DNA of 64,000 nt from an uncultured Acidobacteriota bacterium (GTDB lineage: Bacteria > Acidobacteriota > Vicinamibacteria > Marinacidobacterales > SMYC01): NCBI GenBank assembly GCA_963820855.1, contig CAWGBY010000009.1, forward strand, positions 764,756-828,755, written 5' to 3'. The translations under genes were made by a program, and so were the position numbers. This document shows, piece after piece, positions 19,102-29,530 of this stretch; positions within the stretch are counted from its first letter, which is position 1, and each line of letters begins with the position of its first letter. A model generated the notes under the pieces. It did not search any database. It was not told the DNA's origin and saw nothing but the letters and a program-made list of their open reading frames with translations.

Positions 19102-20556
19102 TTAAGGAAGCGGAGCCTGTAGTTTCTCGATGGCGTTCTTCGCGTGCGCATTCGAAGGGTTGATCTCGAGCGCCCGGACGTAGCTCTCGAGCGCACGATC
19201 CCGCTCTCCTGCCTCCGCGTACGCTCCTCCCAGGCTGTCGTGGGTGTTGCTCGAGTCGGGGAAGAGCTCGGCATTGAAAGCGAGGACATCGATTGCCCGC
19301 GCGGTATCCCCCTTCGACAGAAAGTAGTAGCCGACGCGGTTGAGCTCGTGCTCGCCGAACGCGTAGTCGCCGCTCGCGCTTTCCGAGAGCTCGCGATAGC
19401 GCATCTTCGCTGCCTCGATACCCTGGTCGACCTGCGTTCGAGCGAAGGGATAGCCCACCGACGGGAGGGGGACCGAAGGCTCGCGGTTGCCGAGTACCAC
19501 GTCGAGGATCCCGTTCCGGATTCCGCTCATCGGGGTGCGGTCGTAGTTCGAAGCCAGGATCACGGCGACGTCCTCGAAGGGCAGGAGCGCGATGTAGCTC
19601 GTGTAGCCCGTGTCGCCGCCGGAGTGAAACACGACCGGCGTTCCCGCGTACTCGGAGAGAAACCAGCTCAGTCCCACGCTGACGTTCTCGTCCACCTGGG
19701 ACGACGGCTGAAGGAGCAGCTCGTAGCTCTCGTCCTCGAGGATGCGGGCGGAGTCGAGCTCGCCGCGATTCAAGTTGGCCCGGGCCCATCGGGTCATCTC
19801 GAGAACGCTCGAGTTCAGGGTCGAGCTCGGAGCGTGCCGGCGGTTATAGGGATAGACCGCGCTCACCTTGGGATCGAGGTCCCACACGTGGCCCGTCGTG
19901 CGGAGCTCCACGCGGGAGTCGGGATAGAAAAACGTACTCTCCTTCATGCCCAGCGGATCCAGGATGTGAGACTTTTCGTATTCCTCGAAGGACTGCCCGG
20001 ACACCTTCGCGATGACGTCGCCGAGCGTATCGAATGCCATGTTGCTGTAGCGCCACGTTTCCCCCGGGCTTCCGATCATCGTCTCGCCCGTGAGACTGCG
20101 CACGAAGCGCTCCGCCGCTCCGTCGTCGAGCTGGGGCTTGTCCCACTCGTAGTCCTCGACGTCCGGCATTCCGGAGGTATGGTTGAGCATCTGCCGGATG
20201 GTGATCTTCTCGTAACGTTCATCCGCGAGCTGGAAGTAAGGAAGGTATCGCGTGACCGGCGCGTCGAGATCGATTCTTCCTTCCTCGACGAGCTGGACGA
20301 TGGCCGTTGCGACGAACGGCTTCGAGACGGAAGCCATGTGAAAAAGGCTGTCCGGAGAAAGAGGCTCTCGTGTCTCGAGACTTCGAGTGCCGAAGGCGCG
20401 AAGATAGACGATCTCGCGTCCTTTCGTGATGGCCACCGCGAGACCCGGGATTTGATGGGCCGTCATCGTCTCGGCGAGGAACTTGTCGAGCTTCGTCTCG
20501 TCGAGTTTCGGCGCGCAGCCGGAGAGAGCCAGAAGGAGCAGAATCGCCGCACGCAT
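19102..20556 (-). CDS. serine hydrolase (beta-lactamase/class C fold) lipoprotein with C-terminal TPR repeats
   Basis: It has a lipobox (LLLALSGC), the SxxK nucleophile motif (ASVSKPF) and a YSN motif. The C-terminal approximately 100 aa are TPR-like (ARAIDVLAFNAELFPDSSNTHDSLGGAYAEAGERDRALESYVRALEINP). Confidence 0.9.
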   Translation of the reverse strand: MRAAILLLLALSGCAPKLDETKLDKFLAETMTAHQIPGLAVAITKGREIVYLRAFGTRSLETREPLSPDSLFHMASVSKPFVATAIVQLVEEGRIDLDAPVTRYLPYFQLADERYEKITIRQMLNHTSGMPDVEDYEWDKPQLDDGAAERFVRSLTGETMIGSPGETWRYSNMAFDTLGDVIAKVSGQSFEEYEKSHILDPLGMKESTFFYPDSRVELRTTGHVWDLDPKVSAVYPYNRRHAPSSTLNSSVLEMTRWARANLNRGELDSARILEDESYELLLQPSSQVDENVSVGLSWFLSEYAGTPVVFHSGGDTGYTSYIALLPFEDVAVILASNYDRTPMSGIRNGILDVVLGNREPSVPLPSVGYPFARTQVDQGIEAAKMRYRELSESASGDYAFGEHELNRVGYYFLSKGDTARAIDVLAFNAELFPDSSNTHDSLGGAYAEAGERDRALESYVRALEINPSNAHAKNAIEKLQAPLP

Positions 20557-20575
20557 TGTGCGATAGAATAACTCA

Positions 20576-20878
20576 ATGTTTCGCTCGGCCGTTGCGCTCC
20601 TCCTGATCGCCTCGACTCTGGGAGCTGCCGGCGCCTACGCGGTCCTTCTTCCCGATGACTGCGCTTCTCCCGCGAACGAGCTCCGCGGTAGCGAAGAAGA
20701 TGACTGCGCGCGAACCTGCCTTCTTTGCGCCTGCTGCTTTCGCCAGCCGCCCACGGTAGCGGGAATCGGGCCTTCGCTCGCAGCTCTCCTCCTTCCCGCC
20801 GGCGTTTGCGTATCGCGCGAAGCGTCCCTTCCACCCTCCCTACCGAGCGAAATTCTCCACGTGCCAAAACACTCCTGA
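20576..20878 (+). CDS. small Cys-rich membrane-anchored/secreted protein upstream of the RND efflux operon (hypothetical)
   Basis: 100-aa ORF with a signal/TM segment (MFRSAVALLLIASTLGAAGAYAVLL), then DDCASP...EEDDCARTCLLCACCF. It is co-oriented with and 48 nt upstream of the outer-membrane factor gene. No clear Shine-Dalgarno, and only 19 nt from the divergent hydrolase start. Confidence 0.4.
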   Translation: MFRSAVALLLIASTLGAAGAYAVLLPDDCASPANELRGSEEDDCARTCLLCACCFRQPPTVAGIGPSLAALLLPAGVCVSREASLPPSLPSEILHVPKHS

Positions 20879-20926
20879 CGCTTCGTTATCACCCGGCTTC
20901 GGCCGGCACGAAGAGGCAGGAGTGTT

Positions 20927-22150
20927 ATGTCCTTGAGATCGTTTTACGTTCTAGCGGCGATTCTTTTCTCCATGGCAGCGCGCGCCCGGGGAACGCAGGA
21001 AGTATTGACTCTGGAGTCCGCCTGGAAGCGGACGCGCGAGCGGTCTCCCGCGGTCCTGGCGGCGCGTGCGCGCATCGAGGAAGCGCGGGCGCGGCGGATC
21101 GGTGCGGCCGCGCGGCTCCGCGAGAAACCGGCCCTCGGGGCTTCCGCCGGACCGCGTGAAGGTCCGGACACCGACTTCGTGGACCTCGATGTCGGCTTCG
21201 AGCAGCTCTTCGAAGTCGGCGGTCAGCGCGGGGCGCGTATTTCGGCGGCGGAGTCTCTCGTGGAGCGCGAGATCGCCTCGAGCGAGGTCATGCTCCGGTC
21301 GGAATTGCGTGAGGTGGGGGTCGCATTTCTGAGCGCGCTCGCCGCCCGGGACCGGCTTTCGGTCGCTCGCGCGACCGTGGACGATGCGACGGAGCTCATT
21401 CGGGCGACCGAGCGCCGGTATGAGCTCGGAGACGTCGCCGCCATCGATCTCAATCTCGCGCGTATCGCCGCGGCGCGAACGCGAGCGAGCCTCGCGGACG
21501 CTTCCGCGGTGAAGCTTTCGGCGGAAGGCCGCCTCCGCACTCTCCTTGCGATCGCGAGTGAGATCGAGATCGTCCTCGAGGGCGATCTCGGGGAGCACGC
21601 ACGCCTCGATACCGAGGAGGTTCTCGCGCAGACGGCGGAGCTTCCGGAGCTGCGGATGATTTCCGCGGAGGCGCGCGAGGCGGAGGCAGAGCTCCGCCTT
21701 GGAAAGGCGGAGGGCCGCCCCGACGTGGGTGTGACCTTCGACTACGAGCGCGAGGAGGGGGATGACGTTTTCCGTTTCGGAGGAATCGTCGAGCTGCCGT
21801 GGACCGGAGTCGGTAAGGCGCGGCAAGCGGAAGCCGAAGCGCGCGGCCGAAGGCTCGCTCTCGAGCTCGCCTCAGCTCACGACGCGTCGGAGACCGTCCT
21901 CCGCACGGCGTCTCAGGTCTATCGCGCGCGATTCGAGGCGGCGGAGGCGATGACGACGGGAGCGCTCGATTCCGTTCTCGACAGCGAGACACTGGCCGCG
22001 CGGAGCTACGAGGCGGGCGAGATCGGCCTCCTCGAGATGCTTCTGCTGCGCCGCGAGACCGTGGACGCTCGCATGGCGACTATCGAGCGGCTGCTCGAGG
22101 CCGCGGTAGCGGCGGTCGATCTCGAGCTCGCCGCGGGGGTGCTGCGATGA
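20927..22150 (+). CDS. TolC-family outer-membrane efflux factor (CzcC/CusC-like)
   Basis: 407-aa intact ORF with a signal peptide and two coiled-coil-rich TolC repeats. Its stop overlaps the next start (ATGA at 22147-22150). Confidence 0.9.
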   Translation: MSLRSFYVLAAILFSMAARARGTQEVLTLESAWKRTRERSPAVLAARARIEEARARRIGAAARLREKPALGASAGPREGPDTDFVDLDVGFEQLFEVGGQRGARISAAESLVEREIASSEVMLRSELREVGVAFLSALAARDRLSVARATVDDATELIRATERRYELGDVAAIDLNLARIAAARTRASLADASAVKLSAEGRLRTLLAIASEIEIVLEGDLGEHARLDTEEVLAQTAELPELRMISAEAREAEAELRLGKAEGRPDVGVTFDYEREEGDDVFRFGGIVELPWTGVGKARQAEAEARGRRLALELASAHDASETVLRTASQVYRARFEAAEAMTTGALDSVLDSETLAARSYEAGEIGLLEMLLLRRETVDARMATIERLLEAAVAAVDLELAAGVLR

Positions 22151-23307
22151 AGCGATCGATTGGGATGGTCTTCGTTCTCCTCGTCTCCTGCGGCTCGCCC
22201 GACAAGGCCGTCGAGCGCGAGGCGATTGAGGAGAGCCGCTCGGAGGAAGCCGAGGACGATCTTCTCAGAATCGCTCCCGACATGCTCCGAGACTTGAAAG
22301 TCACGACGCTCGTGGTGGAGGCGCACCTTGGCGCCGAGGAAGCCTCCATGCTCGGAGAGCTTCGGGTCGATGCGGACCGCCACGCGCAGGTGTCGACACC
22401 GATCCCGGCGCAGATAGCGGCTCTGAGGGCGGCGACCGGTGAGCGCGTGGGCAGGGGAGCGGTCCTGGTCGAGCTCCGAAGCGTCGAGCTCGGAAGGGCC
22501 CGCGCCGAGCACATGAGCGCTGACGCGCGGGTCGCGCTCGCGCGTCAGACGCTCGATCGCAAGAAGACGCTTTCCTCCGAGCGTATCGCGGCGGGCCGGG
22601 AAGTGGAGGAAGCGGAGGCGAATCTGAAGGCCGCGGAGGCCGATCTTCGCGCCGCCGCCGCGAGCCTGGCCTCGCTCGGAGCCGCACCCGAGCCGGCGGG
22701 CGAGGATCCGTCGCGCTTCGAGCTCCGGTCGCCCATCGCCGGTGTGGTCCTCGAACGAACGGCGGTGCTCGGCCAGCAGGCCGACCCCTCCCAGCCTCTC
22801 TTCGAGATTGCCGCGCTCGAGACCTTGTGGCTCGTGGTGCAAGCCTTCGAGCGCGATGCGGCGAGGGTTCGCGTGGGCGCAGCCGGTCGTGTGACCTTTC
22901 CCGCGCTTCCCGGAAGAACGTTCGAGGCACGGGTTGATCAGGTCGGTCTTCAGGTCGACGCGGATTCTCGAACCGTGCCGATCCGTCTTACGCTTCCGAA
23001 CGCCGAGGGACTCTTCCGGCCAGGCATGTCGGCAACCGCCGCGATCGCTCTCGGGGAAGACGGAGTTTCCATCGTGGCGGTGCCCGCGGCCTCGTTGCAG
23101 AGACTCGAGGACGACTGGGTGGTGTTCCTCCCGCGCGAAGAGGGAGCTTTCGAGATCCGCGCGGTCGGTCGAGGCCGGGACCTCGGGGGGGAGGTGGAAA
23201 TCGTCTCCGGACTTTCTCGGGGCGAGACGGTCGTCGTGGAGGGCGCCTTCCTCTTGAAGGCCGAGGCGGATAAAGCCCGCGGCGCCGGCGAGGCGCACGA
23301 GCACTGA
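22147..23307 (+). CDS. efflux RND periplasmic adaptor subunit (HlyD/CzcB/CusB family)
   Basis: 386-aa intact ORF with a lipobox-like N-terminus (VLLVSCG), a coiled-coil hairpin (EEAEANLKAAEADLRAAAASL) and beta-barrel segments. It sits between the OMF and RND pump genes. Confidence 0.9.
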   Translation: MKRSIGMVFVLLVSCGSPDKAVEREAIEESRSEEAEDDLLRIAPDMLRDLKVTTLVVEAHLGAEEASMLGELRVDADRHAQVSTPIPAQIAALRAATGERVGRGAVLVELRSVELGRARAEHMSADARVALARQTLDRKKTLSSERIAAGREVEEAEANLKAAEADLRAAAASLASLGAAPEPAGEDPSRFELRSPIAGVVLERTAVLGQQADPSQPLFEIAALETLWLVVQAFERDAARVRVGAAGRVTFPALPGRTFEARVDQVGLQVDADSRTVPIRLTLPNAEGLFRPGMSATAAIALGEDGVSIVAVPAASLQRLEDDWVVFLPREEGAFEIRAVGRGRDLGGEVEIVSGLSRGETVVVEGAFLLKAEADKARGAGEAHEH

Positions 23308-23308
23308 G

Positions 23309-26300
23309 ATGAGATTTCTTCTTCGAGCCTCGTTTCGGAAGCCCGTCCTCACGGTCCTGCTGGTTTCGATCGGAGCCGTTCTCGGAGGGCTGTGGCTGCG
23401 CGACCTGCCGCGCGATGTCTTTCCCGATCTCTCGATTCCCATCTTCAACGTCATCGTTCAGAACCCGGCGATGGGAGCCGAGGAGCTCGAGACCGCGGTC
23501 GCCATCCCGATCGAGACAGCGCTCGCGGGCTTGCCGGAAGTGCGCCGCGTTCGGTCCTCGTCTCAAATGGGCATCGCCCAGATCACCGTCGAGTTCGAGC
23601 CCGACGCGGACTACTTCTTGAGCCGCCAGCTCGTGGCCGAACGCGTGGGGCAGGCGGCTTCCGGGCTTCCGCCGGGCACCGAGAGCCCGCTTCTCTCGAG
23701 CCTCACGGGAAGGCTGAACGAAATCTTCGAGTTCACGCTCGAAGCGGAGCCGGGCACTGCCGACCTGATGACCCTTCGCGACCTCGCCGAGTTCGAAGTG
23801 CGCAACCGCCTCCTCGCCGTCCCTGGAGTCGCCGCGGTCGAGCGGCTCGGCGGATACCTCCGGCAGTTCCAGGTGCAGCTCGACCCCGACCGGATGTCGG
23901 CGAGAAGCGTGACTCTCGGCGAAGTGATGCATGCGGCCGAAGGCGCGAATCTCAATGCGGCGGGCGGCTTCATCACGCAGGGCTCGACCGAATGGGTGGT
24001 GCGTGCCATCGGACGCGCCGAATCGGTCGAGGACTTGCGGTCCACGGTCGTCGCCGTTCGCGGCGGTGCTCCGGTGCTTCTTGGCGACGTCGCGGAGGTC
24101 CGCGAGGCTCCCGCCATTCGCAGGGGAGTGGCGCATCGGCTGCGGGGCGAGGTCGTGAGCTGCCGCGTGGTCAAACAATTCGGCGCGGATACCGTCAAGG
24201 TCGCGGCCGACCTGCGCGAGGCGATCGAGGACCTCGGACGATCGCTTCCCGCGGGGGTCGATGCTCGCATCGTCTACGATCAGTCGGAGCTCGTGAACGA
24301 CGCGCTCGGCGGGGTCTCGAGGGCGGTCCTTCTCGGAGCCGTCCTGGTCGTGGCCGTTCTGTTTCTACTTCTTTCGGACGTCCGCGCCGCTCTCCTGGTC
24401 ACCCTCACGCTGCCACTCTCGGTCGCGCTCGGGGGAATCCTCCTGCGGCCGCTCGGAGTCGGGCTCAACACCATGACGCTCGGCGGGCTCGCCATCGCCG
24501 TCGGTCTTCTGGTCGATGCCGCCATCATCGTGACCGAGAATGCGGTTCACCGTTTGAGAGTCGATCGCGACCAGCCGCGGCGGGAGACCGTGCTCCGGGC
24601 GGCGTCCGAGGTCGCCCCTCCGATCGCGTTCGCGACCCTGATCGTCATCGCCGTTTTTCTTCCGCTCCTCACCATGACGGGACTCGAGGGACGCCTCTAC
24701 CGCCCTCTCGCGGCCGCCGTCATCGCGACTCTGACCGCCTCGCTCTTCCTTGCGCTGACGCTCGTCCCGGTGGTCGGAAGCCTCGTTCTTCGACCGCCTC
24801 CGCCGGGTCGGCCCGAAGACGTTTTCCTTCTGCGGCGCATCAAAGCGTGGTACGCGCCTCTCCTGGAGCGCGCGCTTCGCCACGGCGTCGCCGTCCGCGT
24901 GGTAGCGCTCGCTCTGACCGTGCCGGCCATAGCGCTCGCCTTTCGCGTCGGAACGGATTTCATGCCGCAGCTGGACGAAGGCGCGCTGCTGCTGCAGACC
25001 GTTCTCCCGAGTGAGACCGCTCTCGACGAAGTGGACCGGGTGAACCACCGCGTCGAGGACGCGCTCCGGAGCATTCCGGAGGTCGAGGACGTGGTCCGCC
25101 GGACGGGCCGAGCCGAGCGCACCGAAGACCCGATGCCTCACACCCTCTCCGACGTGCTCGTGATCTTGAAGCGGGATCGCGCCCGCGAGGTCGAGGAGAT
25201 CGAGGAGGAGATGCGCGATACGCTCGGGAGAATTCCAGGAGTGTCGGTCCTCTTCACGACCCCTCTCGGAATGCGCATCGACGAGGGACTCGGAGGAACA
25301 CCGGCCGACATCTCGGTGCGCATCTTCGGACCCGACCTCGATCGCTTGGCCGAGCTCGGCCGCGAGGCGGGAGAGATACTCGCGGGAGTCGAGGGAATCA
25401 CGGACATGCGGGTCGAGCAGCTGACCGGTCAACCGCAGATCCGGGTCGAAGTCGACCGGCAGGCCGTCGCTCGTGTCGGCCTGACACCGGGGGACGTGGT
25501 GTCCGCGGTCCGAATCGGGCTCGCCGGGGCAGAGCCCTCCGAAATATGGATTGGACAGCGGCGCTTCGACCTCGTCGTGCGGCTCGGCGACGAGGCGCGG
25601 GGAAGCATCTCCGCGATCCGCTCCCTCTTGCTCGACGGGCACGACGGAACGCGGATTCCCGTCGCGCAGCTCGCGAGCGTCGAAGGCGCATTCGGCCCGG
25701 GGACCATTCGGCGCGAGGCGGGCACGAGGAGAATCGCCGTCGAAGCCGGAGTCTCCGGACGCGATCTCGGAGGCACGGCGGAGGACGCGCGGCGGCAGCT
25801 CGCGGCCGGTCTCGCGCTTCCGGCGGGGTACTTCTTCGACGTCGCCGGACGAGTGGAGAACCAGGAGCGCGCGAGTCGATCGCTCGCGATCGCGATCGGG
25901 ATCGCGGTCGCCGCGGTTTTCGTGCTCCTCTATCTCGCGCTCGGCTCGGCTGCGGAAACACTCGTGATCCTGGCGACGCTCCCCGACGCTTTCGTCGGAG
26001 GGATTCTCGCGCTGGTCCTCGTGGGAGAGACGTGGAACGTATCGTCTCTGGTCGGCCTCATGGGTCTTTTCGGCATCGCTGTCCAAAACGGCCTGGTGCT
26101 GGTCTCTCAGACCCGCGCGCTCGTGGCCGAGGGACGGCCGTTCGAAGAGGCGCTCCGGGAGGCGAGCATCGGGCGCGTTCGGCCGAAACTATTGACCGCG
26201 GCGACAGCGACGCTCGGGCTCCTTCCGCTTCTGCTCCTCCCGCTCCACGGAACGGAGATCGAGCGGCCGCTCGCGGTGGTGATGGTGGGAGGGCTCGTTA

Positions 26301-26365
26301 CCTCGACCGCGTTTACGCTCCTGGCGCTTCCCACGTTCTACATGTGGGTTAAGAAGCTTCGTTAG
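23309..26365 (+). CDS. CusA/CzcA-family heavy-metal efflux RND transporter
   Basis: 1018-aa intact ORF with 12-TM RND architecture. The TM4 region LGGLAIAVGLLVDAAIIVTENAVHRL resembles, from memory, the CusA-type motif (AIAVG..VDAAI..EN) more than the CzcA-type DFGIIVDG. Substrate is not assigned. Confidence 0.95.
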   Translation: MRFLLRASFRKPVLTVLLVSIGAVLGGLWLRDLPRDVFPDLSIPIFNVIVQNPAMGAEELETAVAIPIETALAGLPEVRRVRSSSQMGIAQITVEFEPDADYFLSRQLVAERVGQAASGLPPGTESPLLSSLTGRLNEIFEFTLEAEPGTADLMTLRDLAEFEVRNRLLAVPGVAAVERLGGYLRQFQVQLDPDRMSARSVTLGEVMHAAEGANLNAAGGFITQGSTEWVVRAIGRAESVEDLRSTVVAVRGGAPVLLGDVAEVREAPAIRRGVAHRLRGEVVSCRVVKQFGADTVKVAADLREAIEDLGRSLPAGVDARIVYDQSELVNDALGGVSRAVLLGAVLVVAVLFLLLSDVRAALLVTLTLPLSVALGGILLRPLGVGLNTMTLGGLAIAVGLLVDAAIIVTENAVHRLRVDRDQPRRETVLRAASEVAPPIAFATLIVIAVFLPLLTMTGLEGRLYRPLAAAVIATLTASLFLALTLVPVVGSLVLRPPPPGRPEDVFLLRRIKAWYAPLLERALRHGVAVRVVALALTVPAIALAFRVGTDFMPQLDEGALLLQTVLPSETALDEVDRVNHRVEDALRSIPEVEDVVRRTGRAERTEDPMPHTLSDVLVILKRDRAREVEEIEEEMRDTLGRIPGVSVLFTTPLGMRIDEGLGGTPADISVRIFGPDLDRLAELGREAGEILAGVEGITDMRVEQLTGQPQIRVEVDRQAVARVGLTPGDVVSAVRIGLAGAEPSEIWIGQRRFDLVVRLGDEARGSISAIRSLLLDGHDGTRIPVAQLASVEGAFGPGTIRREAGTRRIAVEAGVSGRDLGGTAEDARRQLAAGLALPAGYFFDVAGRVENQERASRSLAIAIGIAVAAVFVLLYLALGSAAETLVILATLPDAFVGGILALVLVGETWNVSSLVGLMGLFGIAVQNGLVLVSQTRALVAEGRPFEEALREASIGRVRPKLLTAATATLGLLPLLLLPLHGTEIERPLAVVMVGGLVTSTAFTLLALPTFYMWVKKLR

Positions 26366-26368
26366 CGT

Positions 26369-26435
26369 TCAGTAGATTGCCCCGTTCGAGGATGTGAGGA
26401 TCTTCAGTAGATGGCGCCGTTCGAGGATGTGAGGA
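26369..26435. repeat. 35-bp-period tandem duplication of the 3' end of the S51 peptidase gene
   Basis: tcagtagattgccccgttcgaggatgtgagga (26369-26400) and tcagtagatggcgccgttcgaggatgtgagga (26404-26435) differ at 2 of 32 positions. On the minus strand both encode ...LTSSNGAIY-stop. Confidence 0.8.
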
Positions 26436-27415
26436 CACCGTTCTCGGCGCTCAGCGTATAGCTGATGCCGCCGGTGCCGCTCCAAAGACCGAGATCGAAC
26501 GTCCCTACCCGGGCCGATCCGGTAGACGGAGATGTTGCGATAGGTCAAAGGCGTCTCCGACTCGCACACTTCCGGTGGACCGGGCGTCCGGAGGAAGTAG
26601 ACGTAGGGCGTCTCATGTGTGGGCGTCGAGAACACTTCCGACGACCCGTCGACGGGATCGACGTGAAGCGCCGTCTCCCGGTCGGCAGCGATCGCCAGGC
26701 CTTGCGTAGTCCAGCCGTCCTTCACGAGCCGGGCGAGGAAGGCGACGGTGCGACCCATGCGATCGCGCTCTTGCAGGTGCTGATCGGTGATGATGCCCTG
26801 AAGGCTCGGTAGCGCGAGAAAGTCGCGATCGAGGGTCAGGTCGCGGTGGAACGGATCGGACAGGCCCTCCTCGGACGTCAAGCTGCTGTTGCTCATCGCG
26901 GAGTAGACGAACTCGCTGAGGATCGCCATTCCGGCGCTGGTTCCGCCGACGGGAGCTGGCTTGGAAGCGACATGATGAATCGCGTCCTCGATGGGTGTGT
27001 TCTTCCACAACTTCACGTAATCGGACTGGTCCCCGCCGGCGATGAAAAGCGCTTCCGCGCCGCGGATCGTGTCGATGACGAATGGTTCGAACGAGGCGTT
27101 GCGGTTCTTGAAGACGATGGTCGCAACCGAATCGCAGCCGCAGAGCCCGAGGATGTAGGGATTGTAAGCGTCCGTTCCCGAGGCTCGAATCACTACGAAG
27201 TCGCCGCCTCCCGACCGCGCTCCCATGGCCACGAAGTTTTGGTCGACGTCCGTGCCTCCGCCCTGGAGAACGATGAGACCGCTGGTCGCGGTAGTCACGT
27301 CTGCGGGGTTGCCGACCACGACGTATTTATAGCCGGGCGCCGCGTCGAGGTGCGCTGCCATCAATAGAGAGACCCCAAAAAGCCATCGTGTCGAGCGAGA
27401 TTTGGTCATGGCCAA
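26404..27415 (-). CDS. S51-family peptidase / cyanophycinase-like class I glutamine-amidotransferase-fold protein (frame break near the C-terminus)
   Basis: It has a signal peptide (MAMTKSRSTRWLFGVSLLMAAHLDA). ALFIAGGDQSDY and PVGGTSAGMAIL (nucleophile Ser) are typical of peptidase S51. The C-terminal part reads RVGTFDLGLWSGTGGISYTLSAENGVLTSSNGAIY in a second frame that ends at 26404. Confidence 0.75.
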
Positions 27416-27598
27416 GAGGTTACACCGGGCTGCAATCCGGATCCATCCATGCTCGGGCTCGACCGCGCCGAGCTCGAGACATGGCTCGCAACCTGGGACG
27501 GCGGGATACGCTTGAGCGTGGCGGAGCTCGCCATTACGGTCGATGGAGCGCTTGCCGCGGTGCCGGAGGCGGCCTCGTAGGCTCCGTTCCGAAGAGAC

Positions 27599-29180
27599 TC
27601 AGGTCCCGTCTTCCAGGAGAAGGGAAGTGAGCACCTCGTAATCCAGGGGCTTCAACAGGTGTGCATCGAACCCGGCTTTTTCGGTTAGTTTTCTATCTTC
27701 CGGCGAACCGTAGCCGGTGAGCGCGACCAGAAGCGTGTCCGAACCACCCTCCATCTTGCGGAGCTTTCTCGCCACCTCGTAGCCGTCCATCTCCGGCAAG
27801 CCCAGGTCGATGATGGCGACGTCCGAAGCGACACGGGACGCGTAGTCGAGGGCATCCCTGCCGTTCGCGACGCCATGGACCTCATGCCCCTTCGCCAGGA
27901 GCAGCAACTTCAGCGTCTCGCGGGCATCGCGATTGTCCTCCACGATCAGGATTCTGCGGCCCGGCAGATTCATCGCGGTTGGGCTCTCCTGTACCTTCTC
28001 GCCTCCTCGGAAAGAAGGCATCCTGATCGCTGGAATCCGTACGGTGAATCGACTTCCTCGATCGGAACCCATGCTGAACGCGGAAACAGAACCGCCGTGA
28101 AGCTCGGACAGGCGGCGGACGACGGAGAGTCCCACCCCCATGCCGCCTTCGGTCCGATCGAGGCTTCTAGCTCCCTGGACGAAAAGGTCGAAGACTCGGG
28201 GCATCAAATCCTCGGGAATCCCGATGCCGGTGTCCTCGACACGCAACAAAGCGGCGCCCTTCTCCAGCCCGATGGAGACCCGAATGCTGCCACCGGCGGG
28301 CGTGTATTTCACGGCATTCCCGACGAGGTTGCTCACGATCTGCTCGATTCTCACCTCGTCCGCGTCGGTCCAGGCCGGCTCCAGCTGGAGCGAAACGTCG
28401 TGGTGCTCGAATCGTCCGCTCGCTCGCATCGCGGCGACGACACGGTCCACGACTTTGCTCAGGTCGAGCGGCGTTTTACGTAGAAGAATCTTCCCGGTCA
28501 CTAGACGACCCATATCCAGCAAGTCGTCGATGAGGCGATTGAGGGCGCGAACCTGGCGCTGCAGCACGTCCCGCGCGAGCCGGGCCGCCACCGCGTCCTC
28601 GCGGTCGTCGTGCCCGAGCAGGCTCACGGCGTTACTGATCGCGCCCGAGCGGATTTCGGAGCTCGTGACCGAGCATGGCGAGAAACTCGTCCTTGGCGCG
28701 ATTGGCCTGCTCTGCTTCTATGTAGAGGAGTCTTAATTCCCGCTCCGCGTGCTTCTGCGAGGTGATATCGCGCGCGATCTTGGAGGCGCCGATAATCTTC
28801 CCCGTCTTGTCTCGGATCGGTGAGATCGTAAGCGAGATTTCGATCAGGGTTCCGTCTTTGCGCTGGCGGACCGTTTCAAAATGATCGACGATCTCGCCGC
28901 GGATGATGCGGGCGATGACTTGTTCCTCCTCGAAGAGATGGTCCTTCGGGATGATGATGGTGATCGGCTGGCCGATGGCTTCCGCGGCAGTGTAGCCGAA
29001 GATCTTCTCCGCGGCCCTGTTCCAGGATGTGATGATTCCCTCGAGGGTCTTGCTCGCGATCGCATCGTCGGAGGAATCGACGATCGCCGCGAGCCGCGCG
29101 CGGTACTCCTCGGTCAGGTGTCGCTTGACGTTTTTGGGGTGGCCTGCCTTCCGGCGGCGCTTGCGTATCATTGAGGGCAC
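27599..29180 (-). CDS. hybrid sensor histidine kinase (PAS - HisKA - HATPase_c - receiver), one frame break in the H-box
   Basis: ORF 28632..29180 contains a PAS domain and ends ...EFLAMLGHELRNPLG. ORF 27599..28627 continues AISNAVSLL..., with N/G1/G2 boxes (NLVGNAVKYTP, VEDTGIGI, GGMGVGLS) and a C-terminal REC domain (ILIVEDNRD...DVAIIDLGLPEMDG...LTGY). One extra base near 28630 separates the two. Confidence 0.9.
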
Positions 29181-29530
29181 GGATGAATGCCTTGGCAGCG
29201 GGATTGTATGAACGTGAGACGCTCGTTACAAGGCCGCCCGATTCCATTTCGTCACCTCTGACGGCTCGCGGCACTCGGGTCTTTTCCGTATTCGCTCCTA
29301 GCCGACGCCCTATCTCCCGATCGTGAGTGGAGACGGACGCTCACCTGACGCAGATCCGGGATAGGTTCGGATAACAGAAACTACTGCCGCGCGCCTCCTT
29401 CCTGCACAGCTCAGGGAACGACCCGAGTGCGTCTTCGGCCGGGTTGGTCTAGAATCGCCTCGGTGACATCGTGGTATGACGGCGGGAAAAGACTCGACAA
29501 CTCGAACGCGGAGCCCTCAAGGGTGAACGC

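Noticed and set aside
27449-27580. A 43-codon ORF (MLGLDRAELETWLATWDGGIRLSVAELAITVDGALAAVPEAAS) in the gap between the S51 peptidase and the kinase.
   Set aside because: Its codon usage looks coding-like, but there is no RBS and no recognisable family, and it is shorter than anything I can support. It may be a remnant of a longer gene.
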